Shown here: positions 62,143 through 64,000 of the stretch, one piece after another
Layout of the letters: each line of letters begins with the position of its first letter
Numbering within the stretch: position 1 is the stretch's first letter
NCBI GenBank assembly: GCA_020891255.1
Contig: BQFW01000007.1
Coordinates: forward strand, 2,886,984 to 2,950,983
Reading direction: 5' to 3'
Origin: Entomortierella parvispora E1425
Taxonomy: Eukaryota; Fungi; Mortierellomycota
DNA: 64,000 nucleotides
Notes under the pieces: model-generated
Seen by the model: only the letters and a program-made list of their open reading frames with translations
What the model was told of the DNA's origin: nothing
Databases searched by the model: none
Made by a program: the position numbers and the translations under genes

Positions 62143-63857
62143 TTTCGACCTTCTCGTCTCCTGCATTCCACAGTTCTTGCATCCCTCTCTCTCTCTCTCG
62201 TCTCGTTTTTTGTATCCCTTTCCTCTCGTCTCTCTCGTCTCGATTCCTGCATCCTTCCTTTCTCCTCGACTCTTGCATCCTTACCCTGTCCTCCCTTGTC
62301 TTGCAATCCGTCTTCTTTTTTTTGATCTTTCTCCTCTCTTGCATCTCTCGTCTCCTGCATCCCATTTCCGTTTTGTATCTCTCTTCTCTGTTGCATTTCT
62401 TCTCTGTTGCATGTCTTCTCTGTTGCATCTCTCTTCTCTGTTACATTTCATCTCGTGCATCCTTCTCCTCTCATGAATCGAACTCACATCTTTCACCTTT
62501 TGCAGCCGCCGTCTCAACCGACCCAATACATCCAACTCGACTCTTGCATCAAACATCAGCGGGTCTTTTGTGCCCCTGTCTTTGTTTTCGCTCACTTCTT
62601 CTCTTCGTGTTTTCGCAAGCTTGAGTGTTTCCTCTCACTTTCTCCCACTTTTCTCACGCGTTACTCGCTATTCCTTCCCTTTGTCGTCAACCACAACTTC
62701 TTTTACATCTAATCATACAGAGAAAGCTCATTCCACTTACCCATGAACCAGACTGGACATGCGACAAACGGGAGGCATGCAGGAAACATGAAGTCCTTAA
62801 TTCAGGGGCGAGCACTTCTCAGGTAAGTCCTCTCTACCATCAACTGCTAGATTTCTCTGGCCCTCAGGCAGAGCATGCAGTAGCGAGGAACGAGACGATT
62901 CCAGGGCAAAGTCACCGCAGTCTCATGTGTTTTACGCCCTCGTCTCTGCCCTCTTGTTCCTACTTTTGTCTAGCGTGTACAACTTTTAATAAAAAAAACT
63001 ACGTGACAACTGCACGAGCTGATGTTCTTGTCTACATGCACGATGAGGAGAGTAAAAACTGTTTGAGAGAGCTGCAAGTTCCTCGATGAAGTCAAGACAG
63101 AGCAAGCATGTGTACGATTCACACTCGGTCTCCTGTTGCCAGTGGATTGTCCTTTCAAGGGCCCAACAGTCGTTCTATCACCCAAAACTGCAGACTTTGC
63201 TCTTTTTCCTTCTCGTACTTCGTGGAATTCAGCTACAAAGTGTCGTAAGTGGCTAGCTCTCGGCTCCTGTCACCACTTCACTCCTCCAACTTAGGAGAGA
63301 ATTTTTTTTTCCAAAAAAAAGAAATCTAAGAACAGCAGTTACGCATCAACCACCTTGTCAATCGCCAATTTTTCTTCATGAATACAGTCCTTTGATGAAT
63401 AGGCACCTCCTCATATGAAAATCACGTTGGTCGTCAACGTAGATATCAAGGAATAAGCGTTCGATTTTCACAAAAAAAGAAAATAAAAAATGCAATTGCC
63501 CAAGATCTACCTTATGGATTGACGATTTTGTTGGCTTGATAGAATACTTATGAGGAGAGCTCTCTAATGCACCGTATCTCATATCTCTACGAAGGAAAAA
63601 AAACACCTTGTTTTTATATCTTCAGAAAAGCGAGGCCAAAGCCGAATTCGAACCCGGGAGCAAAAGTAAACAAAAGGAATACCTAATGATCCAGGAAGTC
63701 TAAGCCACCAAACATCCACATATTTCCTTTTTAGGAAATAACAGAAAAACGTATCTTACGGTCGATCCAAATGGTGCAAACGATGCACAGACGCTTCAGG
63801 ACGTCGTTAAACTGTTCAAATACGCGAGTTTAGGGCGAATAAACCCTAAAATTAAAG

Positions 63858-64000
63858 TTTAGGGTTTTTAGGGTTTTTAGGGTTTTTTAGGGTTTTTTAG
63901 GGTTTTTTTAGGGTTTTTTAGGGTTTTTTAGGGTTTTTTAGGGTTTTTTAGGGTTTTTTAGGGTTTTTTAGGGTTTTTTAGGGTTTTTTTAGGGTTTTAG
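63858..64000 (+). repeat. Telomeric array, dominant unit TTTTTTAGGG (T6AG3)
   Basis: Units in order: T3, T5, T5, T6, T6, T7, T6 x7, T7, then a partial T4AG; G-rich strand oriented 5'->3' toward the end of the sequence. Confidence 0.95.

Larger units (their letters stand above)
60830..62640. repeat. Subtelomeric pyrimidine-rich (+ strand) low-complexity block
   Basis: Nearly all C/T with few A; recurrent CTTGCAT and CTCTTCTC motifs. Confidence 0.85.

Noticed and set aside
60879-62624. Long ORFs 61191-62624 (+), 60879-61757 (-) and neighbours
   Set aside because: The stop-free frames are a by-product of C/T-rich tandem repeats; the translations are pure repeat (LHPPRL, EEGQEARE) with no domain.
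1-63840. Telomerase RNA template within the window
   Set aside because: I saw no CCCTAAAAAA-type template outside the junction motif at 63844.

Overview
Eukaryotic, intron-rich fungal DNA ending in a telomere. The gene style suggests an early-diverging fungus, probably Mortierellaceae (inference). About 20 spliced or single-exon protein genes run from 1 to 54.6 kb: a TEAD-like factor, SEC62, RFWD3, UGP1, SAH1, MON1, NUP98-96, a Cdc25-type RasGEF, ADO1, an AA11-like LPMO, an ML-domain protein, an NYN nuclease and an FAD monooxygenase. A very young Ty3/Gypsy chromovirus (18285-23350; identical 111-bp LTRs, ATTCG target-site duplication) interrupts a coding exon of RSAD1/HemW. It carries an extended tRNA-iMet primer-binding region and a -1 frameshift signal. 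The last ~7.5 kb contain a Crypton-type tyrosine recombinase/GCR1_C gene, a pyrimidine-rich minisatellite block, a fold-back of the telomere motif and a non-canonical (T6AG3)n telomeric array. The strongest candidate for an undescribed system is this chromosome-end module. All exon models and family assignments were read by eye, without database searches.
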